A stretch of 28,353 nucleotides of DNA from an uncultured Oscillospiraceae bacterium (GTDB taxonomy: Bacteria > Bacillota > Clostridia > Oscillospirales > Oscillospiraceae). This document shows, piece by piece, positions 18,151 through 27,158 of the stretch. Under the pieces are notes generated by a model, which saw nothing but the letters and a program-made list of their open reading frames with translations, did no database searches and had not been told where the DNA came from. The stretch is from the NCBI GenBank assembly GCA_964649425.1, contig CAZYTE010000001.1, positions 1 through 28,353 on the forward strand. Direction: 5' to 3'. Each line of letters opens with the position of its first letter. Within the stretch, counting starts at the first letter, position 1. The translations under genes were made by a program, and so were the position numbers.

Positions 18151-18368
18151 GCATCAAAATGTTTATAAATTGTTAATTTTTATTATGTCTTATGATCCAT
18201 GGCATCAGCGGAGCATGGGTCCCATCAGGCCGAGCCATATCTCTTTTGGATCATTCAGATCATATCATTTTAAAATTGCTCCGTTTGAAATCGAAAGAGC
18301 CTGTATGAATGTCAGCAAAATTGCCTGCGGAGAGATAAAAAACCGGAAGCGATAGCAATAAGCACACA

Positions 18369-18397
18369 TTGACAAGTAATTTGCCCTACACTATAAT
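18369..18397 (+). promoter_or_regulatory. Perfect consensus promoter TTGACA-N17-TATAAT
   Basis: ttgaca 18369-18374, tataat 18392-18397; SD GGGGAGG before ATG 18431. Confidence 0.88.
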
Positions 18398-18430
18398 AAT
18401 CAAAGAAAATGCCCGTGGGGAGGAAACGGA

Positions 18431-19330
18431 ATGCTTACTATTAATACCGATACCAAAATACATAAAATGTCCGGGGAGAATGCCGCTGCGGCAACGGCGA
18501 AAAGCGGGGACACCGTGCGCTTTGAGACTTTGGACTGCTTTGGCTGCCAGCTTAAAAGCGAGGCTGAGCTGCTGGGCGGTCTGGACTGGAACAATATAAA
18601 TCCTGCTACCGGCCCGCTGTTTGTTGAAGAGGCCGAGCCCGGCGATGTGCTTAAGGTTGAGATCCTGAGTATTGAACTGGATGACCATGGCGTTATGGTG
18701 GATGCGCCCGGCGAGGGCGTTACCGGCTGCGCTGTTAGTGAGGAAACTACCAAGATCCTGCCTGTTTCTGACGGTATGGTGAAGTTTAATGACAAGCTTT
18801 CTTTCCCTGTCTGCCCAATGATCGGTGTTATTGGTACCGCTCCTGCCGGTGAGGGTATTGATACCGGCACTCCCGGCGCCCACGGCGGTAATATGGACTG
18901 TACCCGTATTGGCGCAGGTGCAACGCTCTACCTGCCTGTCAATGTGCAGGGTGCCCTGCTGGCCATGGGTGATCTTCACGCCCTCATGGGTGATGGCGAG
19001 GTGGAAGTCTGCGGCGTTGAGATTGCAGGCGCCGTTACCGTGAAGGTCACTGTTCTGAAAAACTGCGGTCTGCCCACTCCCTTCCTTGTAAATGAGGATA
19101 CCGCTATGGCAATATACTCTGCTGAAACCGTGGACGAGGCCTGCGTTGGTGCCACCATGGCTATGCACAAGTTCCTGATGGGTGAGCTTAAAATGAACGA
19201 GCATGAGGCCGGAATGCTGCTGAGTGTGGTAGGCAATCTGCGCATATGCCAGATCGTTGACCCCGAAAAGACCTGCCGTATGGAGCTGCCCAGAAATGTA
19301 ACAAAAGCATATAATTACAGCTTTGCATAA
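18431..19330 (+). CDS. Acetamidase/formamidase family protein
   Basis: ETLDC, NPATGPLFVEEAEPGDVLKV, HGGNMD, GDLHALMGDGEV motifs. Confidence 0.92.
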   Translation: MLTINTDTKIHKMSGENAAAATAKSGDTVRFETLDCFGCQLKSEAELLGGLDWNNINPATGPLFVEEAEPGDVLKVEILSIELDDHGVMVDAPGEGVTGCAVSEETTKILPVSDGMVKFNDKLSFPVCPMIGVIGTAPAGEGIDTGTPGAHGGNMDCTRIGAGATLYLPVNVQGALLAMGDLHALMGDGEVEVCGVEIAGAVTVKVTVLKNCGLPTPFLVNEDTAMAIYSAETVDEACVGATMAMHKFLMGELKMNEHEAGMLLSVVGNLRICQIVDPEKTCRMELPRNVTKAYNYSFA

Positions 19331-19368
19331 ATATAAAAGTGCCGTTTTTGCAACGGCACTTTTTATAT
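19331..19368. terminator. Rho-independent terminator
   Basis: aaaagtgccgtt-tttgc-aacggcacttttt immediately after the stop codon. Confidence 0.88.
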
Positions 19369-19429
19369 CTTGCATCATGCTTTTAGCTGTGATAGATTTA
19401 GAATATACATAAAAATGAGGAGAAAGACT

Positions 19430-20659
19430 ATGGCTGTTCATATTATGGATGAGGCGAACCGCTGCCTGGGCTGTAAGAATCCCCGGTGCCAGATGGGCTG
19501 CCCCATAAATACGCCTATTCCCGAGGTTATCAGGCTCCTGAAGGAAAACAAGCTGGACGAGGCCGGCCGGATACTGTTTGAAAATAACCCTCTCACAACA
19601 GTATGCAGCCTTATATGCAACCATGAAAAGCAGTGCGAGGGCCACTGTATTCAGGGTATCAAGGGTACGCCTGTCCATTTTTCCACTATTGAGCATTATA
19701 TTTCCAGCACCTACGCCAGCAAAATGACCAAGGGCCCCAGCCCATCCAACGGCATCAAGGTTGCGGTGGTAGGCTCCGGTCCTGCCGGCATCACTATCGC
19801 TATTATCCTTGCAAGATATGGCTATCAGGTCACCATTTTTGACCGCAACGACAAGATCGGCGGCGTGCTGCGCTATGGTATCCCGGAGTTTCGTCTGCCA
19901 AAGTCCGTGCTGGATGATATTCAGTACCGCCATCTGGAAATGAAGGGCATTAAGATAAGGCCCAACACCAATGTGGGTGTTACCATTGACATTGAAGACC
20001 TGTTCCGGGACGGCTACAAGGCTGTTTTTATCGGCACCGGTGTGTGGAAGCCCAACACTCTGCGCATAAAGGGTGAGACTCTCGGCCATGTGCACTACGG
20101 CATTAATTACCTGAGAAATCCTGACAGCTTCAAACTTGGCAAAAAGGTCATTGTGATCGGTTCCGGAAATGCGGCCATGGATGTTGCCCGTACCGCCATA
20201 CGCAAGGGAGTGGAGGAGCTGCAGTGTTTCTCCCGAAGAAAGACCGTGGCCGCAAGTCACTATGAGTACAGCTATGCTCAGCTTGAGGGAGTGCAGTTTG
20301 AGTTTAACAAAATGCCTGTGGAGATAAGGGATGAGGGTGTTATATTCCGTGATCTTCTGGAGGATGAAAACGGAAACCTCACCGAGATCGAAGGCAGCGA
20401 CAAGCTTTATCCTGCCGACAGTGTTATCATCTCTGTAAGCCAGGGCCCCATGAATGCTCTGGTAAAGGCAACTCCCGGCCTTGAAACAAACAAAAAGGGC
20501 CTTCTGGAAGTGGACGAAAGCGGCAAGACCAGCAGACCCGGTATATTTGCTTCCGGCGATGCTGTGAAGGGTGCCCGAACGGTGGTTGAAGCCGTTGCCT
20601 ACAGCAAGCAGGTTGCCGAAGCCATGCATGAATATATCCAGTCCTTACCCACGGATTAG
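19430..20659 (+). CDS. GltD/NfnB(SudA)-like Fe-S flavo-oxidoreductase, NAD(P)-dependent
   Basis: CLGCKNPRCQMGCP and CSLICNHEKQCEGHC cysteine clusters; VGSGPAG, YGIPEFRL, GSGNAAMDVAR, FASGD; SD GAGGAG before ATG 19430. Confidence 0.9.
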   Translation: MAVHIMDEANRCLGCKNPRCQMGCPINTPIPEVIRLLKENKLDEAGRILFENNPLTTVCSLICNHEKQCEGHCIQGIKGTPVHFSTIEHYISSTYASKMTKGPSPSNGIKVAVVGSGPAGITIAIILARYGYQVTIFDRNDKIGGVLRYGIPEFRLPKSVLDDIQYRHLEMKGIKIRPNTNVGVTIDIEDLFRDGYKAVFIGTGVWKPNTLRIKGETLGHVHYGINYLRNPDSFKLGKKVIVIGSGNAAMDVARTAIRKGVEELQCFSRRKTVAASHYEYSYAQLEGVQFEFNKMPVEIRDEGVIFRDLLEDENGNLTEIEGSDKLYPADSVIISVSQGPMNALVKATPGLETNKKGLLEVDESGKTSRPGIFASGDAVKGARTVVEAVAYSKQVAEAMHEYIQSLPTD

Positions 20660-20662
20660 TTA

Positions 20663-20692
20663 AAATCCCTCAGCTGTACAGCTGAGGGATTT
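20663..20692. terminator. 30-bp perfect palindrome, probable terminator
   Basis: aaatccctcagctgt|acagctgagggattt directly after the oxidoreductase stop. Confidence 0.75.
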
Positions 20693-20753
20693 ATATTGGA
20701 AAAACATGGAACATTTTCACATTTTTGCCGTCATAAAAAACAATCGAAAAGAA

Positions 20754-20782
20754 TTGACTTGGTTTGCGTAATATACTAAAAT
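20754..20782 (+). promoter_or_regulatory. Sigma-70/A promoter TTGACT-N17-TAAAAT
   Basis: ttgact 20754-20759, taaaat 20777-20782; SD GGAGGT before ATG 20814. Confidence 0.7.
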
Positions 20783-20813
20783 TTATAGGTATAAAAAATC
20801 GGAGGTATGAACA

Positions 20814-21725
20814 ATGAACGGATTTAGTAATTTGCCCTGGGCTGGTCTGGCTGTTATCGTGCTTATCGTCCTGCTGTTTGTTCTGGCCATAGTGCTGCTT
20901 TTTTCCACATATCTGCGATATGCGCGTCTCGCCCATATGGTAGACAGCGGCCCCAGCAAGGATAATGCTTTCCTGCGCTTTGTTGTCAATGATTTTGCCG
21001 ATGCTTACAAAAAGTACGGTCAGGAAGTGAACACTCCCGCCATCATTGCAAACGCAGTGAATACCAAGCTTTCGCGGCTCCTTTTGTGCGAGAGATTTCT
21101 AAATAACGCAGTTTCATTGTTTGTTACTCTCGGCCTTTTTGGCACTTTTCTGGGGCTGAGTCTTTCTGTCAGCTCCCTGACCGAGCTTATCAGCTACACC
21201 AACACCTCTGAGTGGCTCAGTGTGCTTGACAGTGTTGGCGGCGGCCTTATGTCAGCGCTGTCCGGCATGGGCGTTGCGTTCTATACCTCTCTGGTGGGTG
21301 TTGCCTGCTCCATTATCCTCACTCTTATCCGCTCTGTTTTCAGCCCCCAGTCTCAGCGCGAGAAGCTGGAGGCCAGACTGGAGCTGTGGCTTGACCACAG
21401 TATAGCTCCCAGTCTTCCCACCGATGCTGTAAAGGATGATGTGGAGCTTATGAAGCGCCTTATCCAGACTCTTGATGCCACCGCAAAGAATATGGATCTG
21501 ACCTTGAAAACTGCCACCAATGAGCTTCGCGGCAGCATCGACGCAAGCCGCGGCCCCATTACCGCCTTTAACAAGACTGTCGAGAGCTTTAACACCGGTG
21601 TGCATGACTTCTCCGAATTTAACTACAACCTCCGCGGTACTGTTGAGCGCATGGATCTGAGTGTCAGAGATCTTGTACAGGGCCTTCGTGAAGTCTCCAG
21701 GAGCATTGAAAGGAGAGATGGCTGA
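20814..21725 (+). CDS. MotA/TolQ/ExbB-family proton-channel protein, ZorA-like, with a helical C-terminal tail
   Basis: Three TM segments; VTLGLFGTFLGL and GMGVAFYTSLVG motifs; about 130-aa amphipathic helical tail. Confidence 0.85.
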   Translation: MNGFSNLPWAGLAVIVLIVLLFVLAIVLLFSTYLRYARLAHMVDSGPSKDNAFLRFVVNDFADAYKKYGQEVNTPAIIANAVNTKLSRLLLCERFLNNAVSLFVTLGLFGTFLGLSLSVSSLTELISYTNTSEWLSVLDSVGGGLMSALSGMGVAFYTSLVGVACSIILTLIRSVFSPQSQREKLEARLELWLDHSIAPSLPTDAVKDDVELMKRLIQTLDATAKNMDLTLKTATNELRGSIDASRGPITAFNKTVESFNTGVHDFSEFNYNLRGTVERMDLSVRDLVQGLREVSRSIERRDG

Positions 21726-22723
21726 TGAAGCGTGCCGGAACCCATGGCTATTCCCGCTCAGAATCGTCTGAGGGCGAACAGGGCTTCTGGCCCTCCTATG
21801 CGGACATGATGAGCGCAGTTGCGCTGATTTTGTTCTTTCTGATGCTGCTTTCTTACATACAGAACCTTATCACCGGCAATGACCTGCAGAATACCCAGGA
21901 AGTGCTTGAGGACACCAGAGCCCAGGTAACTGCGGCAAAGATCCAGCTGGACAGCCTCACGGACGAGCTTAAAATGAAGCAGGAAGAGATTGAGGACTAT
22001 GCCATCCAGATCGATGAGCAGACCGAAAAGCTCAATGCCCAGAGTGAACAGCTTGTATCTCAGGAACTGCTTATAAAGGATCAGCAGATATATCTGGCTG
22101 CTGCAAATGACGAGATCATCGCTATGAGGGATCAGATGCAGACAATTGCTGTTCTCCGTCTTTCCATCCTCGATCAGATCAAGGAGAGCATTGTGGAGGT
22201 AATGGGTGATGCCAGCAAGGTCAGCATAGGTGATAACGGCAATATAATACTCAGCGAGGGTGTATTCTTCGACTTTGCTTCCTCTGAAATCAAGCCTGAG
22301 AGCGAACAGGTGCTCAACGAGCTTATTGATGTGTTTGCAAGCTTCCTGAGCAGCGAAGAAAATGCAAAGTATGTTGACAGCATCGTCATCTCCGGCCATA
22401 CAGACAGCATAGGTTATGCAGACAACAACCGCGTTCTTTCAACCGAGAGAGCAAACTCTGTTCTGACTTATCTGCTCAACGGCAAGAACGCTAAGCTAAA
22501 TGGATATGCTCAATATTTCTGTGCCGCCGGCTATGGCGCCACCCGTCCTGTTGCTTCCAATGACACAGAAGAAGGACAGGCCGCAAACCGCCGCATTGAA
22601 ATTTCCATGATACTCAAGGATGACACCGTGCTGGATATTGTTGAGCAGTATCTGGCGATTGATATGCCTGAAGCCAATGCTTCCGCTGCGGCTCCCAGTC
22701 CCAGCCCTATGCCCACGACATAA
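21725..22723 (+). CDS. MotB/OmpA-family protein, ZorB-like, with a coiled-coil stalk
   Basis: FWPSYADMMS (conserved Asp) plus TM; about 100-aa Q/E-rich coiled coil; OmpA-like peptidoglycan-binding domain ISGHTD...LSTERA...GYG..RP..ANRRIEI; TGATG coupling to the upstream gene. Confidence 0.9.
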   Translation: MKRAGTHGYSRSESSEGEQGFWPSYADMMSAVALILFFLMLLSYIQNLITGNDLQNTQEVLEDTRAQVTAAKIQLDSLTDELKMKQEEIEDYAIQIDEQTEKLNAQSEQLVSQELLIKDQQIYLAAANDEIIAMRDQMQTIAVLRLSILDQIKESIVEVMGDASKVSIGDNGNIILSEGVFFDFASSEIKPESEQVLNELIDVFASFLSSEENAKYVDSIVISGHTDSIGYADNNRVLSTERANSVLTYLLNGKNAKLNGYAQYFCAAGYGATRPVASNDTEEGQAANRRIEISMILKDDTVLDIVEQYLAIDMPEANASAAAPSPSPMPTT

Positions 22724-22757
22724 TCCAACACCGGGCTTAAACTCTTCGGATAAATTC

Positions 22758-22788
22758 AAATTCCCTGTACCTAAGGTACAGGGAATTT
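22758..22788. terminator. Bidirectional terminator
   Basis: aaattccctgtacc-taa-ggtacagggaattt between convergent genes. Confidence 0.85.
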
Positions 22789-22794
22789 TCTTTG

Positions 22795-23289
22795 CTATTT
22801 GCGGTAGTGTATGCGACCGGGATCATAACGATCCTGCTTGCGGCCCTCCTCGGCAGGGTAGCCGATGGGGAAGAGCGCAAAGGCTCTCTGACCTTCGGGG
22901 ATGCCAACGATCTTTTCAACATCCTTCATCCTGTCCTCGATGGGGGAAATGCCCATCCATACACCACCCAGGCCCTGCGCAGTAGCCTCCAGCCACAGAT
23001 TCTGCATACAGATGCTCATGTCAATATCCGCGTATGCGGGGGCCCACAGCTCCTGGCGGTAGGCACTGACTATTACCATAGGAGCAGCTTTGGCGCAGCC
23101 GGAGTATTTGCTTACCTTGGAAAGCTCTTCGATCATGTCTTTATTGGTGACAATGTAAAACTCCCAGGGCTGCTGGTTGCCGGCAGAGGGTGCAGCCATC
23201 GCGGCGCGGAGAATGGACTCCAGTTTTTCCGGCTCCACAGGCTGATCGCTGTACTTTCTTATGCTGCGGCGCTGGTAGATTTCTTTCAT
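22795..23289 (-). CDS. Nitroreductase family protein
   Basis: RRSIRKY, APSAGNQQPWEF, GLGGVW, IGYP; SD AAGGAGG before ATG 23289. Confidence 0.94.
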   Translation of the reverse strand: MKEIYQRRSIRKYSDQPVEPEKLESILRAAMAAPSAGNQQPWEFYIVTNKDMIEELSKVSKYSGCAKAAPMVIVSAYRQELWAPAYADIDMSICMQNLWLEATAQGLGGVWMGISPIEDRMKDVEKIVGIPEGQRAFALFPIGYPAEEGRKQDRYDPGRIHYRK

Positions 23290-23337
23290 ATTACATCCTC
23301 CTTTTAAGCGGATCATAAGGATGGCCTTATATATGTG

Positions 23338-25593
23338 TTACGCATCGGAAAGTGATTCGGCCAGCAGCTTTTCGGCCATGTGTCTGGAACCCAGGACCCA
23401 GACAAGGTCGTCAGTCTGCAGAGTCATGTTCACATCGGGCTGCAGAATGGGCAACTTGTTGCGCTGCAGACCAAGTATCATACAGTCATAATTTTCACGC
23501 AGATGACTGGTTTTAATGCTCTTGCCCAGAAGCTCGGAATCCTTGGTTACGGGAATCGCATAGGCATAAACATTGGTGCTGTCTTCTTCCTGCTGATTGA
23601 TAAACTCACGCAGGGTTGGCAGATCACAGCAGCCATCCACGCACAGACCCAGACGCAGGGAACGAAGATCCTCCGCCTTACCCAGCAGTGTCAGGTGGTC
23701 TCCCTTGTGGATCTCAAGATCGCCGGAGGGCATATTGATGTGTTTTTTGCCGCGGATTATCTGGATAACATTTACACTGAAAAGATAGCCCCAGCCAAGC
23801 TGCTTCAGAGTTTTGCCGGCCATGGAATCATCAGCGGTGAGTTCCTGAACAAACAGCTTTTCGTCCAGCCACTCAGTCTTGTCGTCCTGGTTGCGCTGCA
23901 GGATGCGTTCATTGAAGTTTGCCATGAAGCGGGCTTCCGCGGATATGTACGCTGAGGACATCCATCCACTCTTATAGATAAGGACGATTGCCACCATTAT
24001 GATAGGCAGCAGCCAGAAGCCATGCAGACCCAGAACACTCTGCATGGGCAGGAAGGCCAGCAGCACTATCAGCATGAAGCGCACAACGGTCAGAGTGATC
24101 AAGGGCAGGTGATAGTAGCGATTTTTGACCCACAGAATTGTGTACTCTGTGGAGTGCAGGTCGAGCATGGGGCGAATAAAGAGGGCAATACCCACGATAT
24201 AGAGAACGATGCAGCCGGCTTTTGCCATCCATGCCTCGGGCAGAACCTGACCCAGCAGGGGATACAGCAGGAAAAGGCAGACGATCAGAACACCGGCCAT
24301 CAAAACACCGTAAAGCAGGGTGGTCTTCACAAAACGGCGGAAGAAGTTTGCCCAGTCGCTGTCCTGTTCCTTATGCACCGTGTCATCCTGAGTATAGTGT
24401 TCAAGCTTTGCAACCAGTCTCTCGGGCAGCAATTTGACGATGAGCCCATAAATCTTGTCGGAAGCTTTGATGCAGGCGGGGGTGGTCAGCGTAGTAATAA
24501 CGGAAACGGCAACAATGATGGGGTAGACAAAATCTGACAGCACACCCAGGGACATACCCAGCGATGCGATGATAAAGGCAAATTCGCCGATCTGTGCAAG
24601 GGAAGAACCGCACTTGACAGCTGTGTTCAAGGGACGGCCGGACAGCAGAACACCAAGGGTGGATATGGTCAGCTTGCCAACGATAGTCACGATAGTGATT
24701 ATCAGAATGGGCAGAGCGTATTTCACCAGCATTGCGGGGTCAATGAGCATGCCGACGGAGAGGAAGAATATAGAACCGAAAAGGTCTTTGATGCCGCTGG
24801 TCAGGTGCTCCACACGCTCAGCATGGATGGTGCCCGCCAGAAGTGAGCCTGCAAGGAATGCACCCAGAGCAGAGGAGAAGCCCAGGTGCTCTGCCAGCAG
24901 AACCATGCCGAAGCAAATGCCCAGCGATACCAGCAGAAGGGTTTCATCATTCATAAAGGTGGACGCCTTGCGCAGCAGGGTGGGCAGGATATAAATGCCC
25001 AAAATCAGCCACAATGCCAAATACAGCACCAGCATGCCAAGCTGCAGTACCAGATCGCCGCCGGAGATATTCTGGCTGACGGAAACGGTGGACAGAATGA
25101 TCATCATGAAAATACCGGCGATATCCTCAACCACCAGTGTGCCGAATACAAGCTGGGCGAAATTCTCTTTCTGCACTCCCAACTCATCAAAGGCTTTGAT
25201 TATAATGGTTGTGGAGCTCATGGAAAGCATACCGCCAAGGAAGATACTGTTCATAATTCCCCAGCCCAGAGCCTGACCCACAAGGTATCCAATGATCAGC
25301 ATACCAAGAACTTCTGTAACCGCTGTGATCACCGCGGTAGTACCCACACTTGCGAGCTTATGCAAGCTGAATTCCAGACCAAGGCTGAACATCAGAATGA
25401 TAATGCCGATCTCGCTCCAGGTCTCAATGGAGACAGAGTCCACAACCGTGAAGAAATAGGGCATATACGGGCCAACCAAAAAGCCCGCAAGTATGTACCC
25501 CAGCACCAGCGGCTGCTTGAAGCGTCGGAATATCACCGCTACAACGCCGGCCGTCAGCAGCATGATCGCAAGATCAGTTATCATTTTAGGCAT
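23338..25593 (-). CDS. CPA2 cation:proton antiporter with two C-terminal TrkA-C (RCK-C) domains
   Basis: FSLGLEFS, MSSTT, VVEDI, LGAFLAG, QIGEFAF motifs; C-terminal GKTLKQL..IIRG and GKSIK..GLQR repeats. Confidence 0.92.
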   Translation of the reverse strand: MPKMITDLAIMLLTAGVVAVIFRRFKQPLVLGYILAGFLVGPYMPYFFTVVDSVSIETWSEIGIIILMFSLGLEFSLHKLASVGTTAVITAVTEVLGMLIIGYLVGQALGWGIMNSIFLGGMLSMSSTTIIIKAFDELGVQKENFAQLVFGTLVVEDIAGIFMMIILSTVSVSQNISGGDLVLQLGMLVLYLALWLILGIYILPTLLRKASTFMNDETLLLVSLGICFGMVLLAEHLGFSSALGAFLAGSLLAGTIHAERVEHLTSGIKDLFGSIFFLSVGMLIDPAMLVKYALPILIITIVTIVGKLTISTLGVLLSGRPLNTAVKCGSSLAQIGEFAFIIASLGMSLGVLSDFVYPIIVAVSVITTLTTPACIKASDKIYGLIVKLLPERLVAKLEHYTQDDTVHKEQDSDWANFFRRFVKTTLLYGVLMAGVLIVCLFLLYPLLGQVLPEAWMAKAGCIVLYIVGIALFIRPMLDLHSTEYTILWVKNRYYHLPLITLTVVRFMLIVLLAFLPMQSVLGLHGFWLLPIIMVAIVLIYKSGWMSSAYISAEARFMANFNERILQRNQDDKTEWLDEKLFVQELTADDSMAGKTLKQLGWGYLFSVNVIQIIRGKKHINMPSGDLEIHKGDHLTLLGKAEDLRSLRLGLCVDGCCDLPTLREFINQQEEDSTNVYAYAIPVTKDSELLGKSIKTSHLRENYDCMILGLQRNKLPILQPDVNMTLQTDDLVWVLGSRHMAEKLLAESLSDA

Positions 25594-25725
25594 ATATGCG
25601 TCCCCTTCCGGTAAAATAATCCAAACATTATCAACATTATATTATATAAATCAAGTTTTGTCTCATGATTTTTTTGTAAATTTTCACCCTGTAACAAGCG
25701 GCGGCAGGAAACTTACTGAATAACG

Positions 25726-25757
25726 CAGGCATGACCGCCTTTCGACGGTCATGCCTG
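25726..25757 (-). terminator. Hairpin after the DedA-GT8-phosphotransferase operon
   Basis: caggcatgaccg-cctttcga-cggtcatgcctg; weak U-tract. Confidence 0.6.
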
Positions 25758-25765
25758 TTCTGATA

Positions 25766-26329
25766 TCAGGATTGCTTTTCTCTGCGCCAAAACTGAATAT
25801 AAAAACGCAGGTACATTAAAAAACTGAAAAGTATCACCAGACCGCAGCCTGCTATCATCACATTGGCTGCTATGTTCGGGATTCCGGGGAAAAGTATCAG
25901 AAGCATCATAACAGTGTATAAAACCACGGTTGCCAGCTTTCCATACCATTTGGCGCTGTTTACGCTGCTGTGCCTGCGAATTGTGATATAACCCATCACG
26001 AGCATGCAAAGCTCTTTCAGAACAAACGCAACAACCAGCACAATCATCAGCCTGTATTTCACAATAAGGCATATAAGCAGAGAAAGCTGAGTCAGCTTGT
26101 CCGCGATAGGGTCAAGGATCTTTCCAAAGTCTGACACCATGTTGAATTTGCGGGCAATGATGCCGTCTGCAATATCAGTCAGGGCTGAAAGAAGAATTAC
26201 TAAAACGGCGGCGTTGTAATTCTGCACATCACAGTACAGCCAGATGATCAGCGGTATCAACATCAGCCTTATCAAACTCAGCAAATTTGGAATAGTCAGT
26301 ATCTGGGCCTTATTCAATATACGATGCAT
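25766..26329 (-). CDS. CDP-alcohol phosphatidyltransferase (PgsA-like)
   Basis: TIPNLLSLIR and the signature TDIADGIIARKFNMVSDFGKILDPIADK. Confidence 0.93.
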   Translation of the reverse strand: MHRILNKAQILTIPNLLSLIRLMLIPLIIWLYCDVQNYNAAVLVILLSALTDIADGIIARKFNMVSDFGKILDPIADKLTQLSLLICLIVKYRLMIVLVVAFVLKELCMLVMGYITIRRHSSVNSAKWYGKLATVVLYTVMMLLILFPGIPNIAANVMIAGCGLVILFSFLMYLRFYIQFWRREKQS

Positions 26330-26333
26330 TTTG

Positions 26334-27158
26334 TTATCTCCTGTCTTTATCAGCGTTCATGCGGGAAAGGGTCTCCTTATAAAATACATCCAGGTATCCG
26401 AGGTAATTGGGCTTCCATGGCTTGTTTCTGCCGCAGTAGTGTATGATCACAGAGTGTTCGCGTATCCAGTCCATATTAAGACTTTTTTCATACGGAGAAT
26501 GGAGCATAAACAACAGCTCTGTCATATTGTAGCGGAAAGAGTCAAGTGTATAAATCTTGCTTCCGTAGAGAGTGCTTATAATGTCCTGATCCGGTAGACT
26601 GAGGACATTTTTCCGCTTTTCAATGAAATCCAAAACATCCTGATAGTCCTGCTCCTCACGCAGCCGCTTCAGGTTCATCAGCATTACGCCAGAGTTGATG
26701 TAGGGACTATCCTCATCCATGCCGAGCCGCAGCTCGTTTACTTTGTGAAGAACACGCCTGATATGAGATGCCGCCGCAAAGAAGTAGTCTTCAAAATCCA
26801 ACTCATACAGCTCTTTGATCGAGCCGTTCACAATGATGTCAGGATCAAGATACAAAATGCGGTCCATATCATCCGGCAGATACTTTGCGGCAAATATCCT
26901 GTAATATATCTCCTTTGGATACCGGCTTGTCGTCGGCGCGTTGTCAAGGCCGATATCCTTTGCCTGCACGGGAATGAGCCGGCCCGATTCGCCGAGAACA
27001 CAGCGGGTCTCACTCAATGCGGCGTCCGGTATGCCGCTGTGAAGCAGGCAGACCTTAAAATAACAGTCGGGATTGCTGTACAGCAGGGAACTGAGCATGG
27101 TGTTCAGATAGGGAATATAGTTTTCATCCAGCGTGACGAGGATGTTGATTGGCTTCAT
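26334..27158 (-). CDS. Glycosyltransferase family 8 (GspA/LgtC-like)
   Basis: YYRIF, ILYLDPDII (DxD), YINSGVMLMNL, PDQDII, IIHYCGRNKPW. Confidence 0.94.
   Translation of the reverse strand: MKPINILVTLDENYIPYLNTMLSSLLYSNPDCYFKVCLLHSGIPDAALSETRCVLGESGRLIPVQAKDIGLDNAPTTSRYPKEIYYRIFAAKYLPDDMDRILYLDPDIIVNGSIKELYELDFEDYFFAAASHIRRVLHKVNELRLGMDEDSPYINSGVMLMNLKRLREEQDYQDVLDFIEKRKNVLSLPDQDIISTLYGSKIYTLDSFRYNMTELLFMLHSPYEKSLNMDWIREHSVIIHYCGRNKPWKPNYLGYLDVFYKETLSRMNADKDRR

Noticed and set aside
18140..18355. 71-aa ORF in the divergent intergenic region
   Set aside because: No SD, overlaps the MMPL promoter, and has no recognisable protein features.
18386..20629. 747-aa antisense ORF spanning two genes
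   Set aside because: Shadow frame of the acetamidase and oxidoreductase genes; no recognisable motifs and it crosses a terminator. Best explained by scarcity of TTA/CTA/TCA codons in the sense genes.
19430..20659. Gene symbol gltD
   Set aside because: No gltB neighbour; cannot be separated from NfnB/SudA/PreT-like proteins by eye.
20814..22723. Flagellar motA/motB or a complete Zorya system
   Set aside because: The 3-TM topology with a tail differs from MotA, no flagellar genes are nearby, and no zorC/D/E is present in the window.
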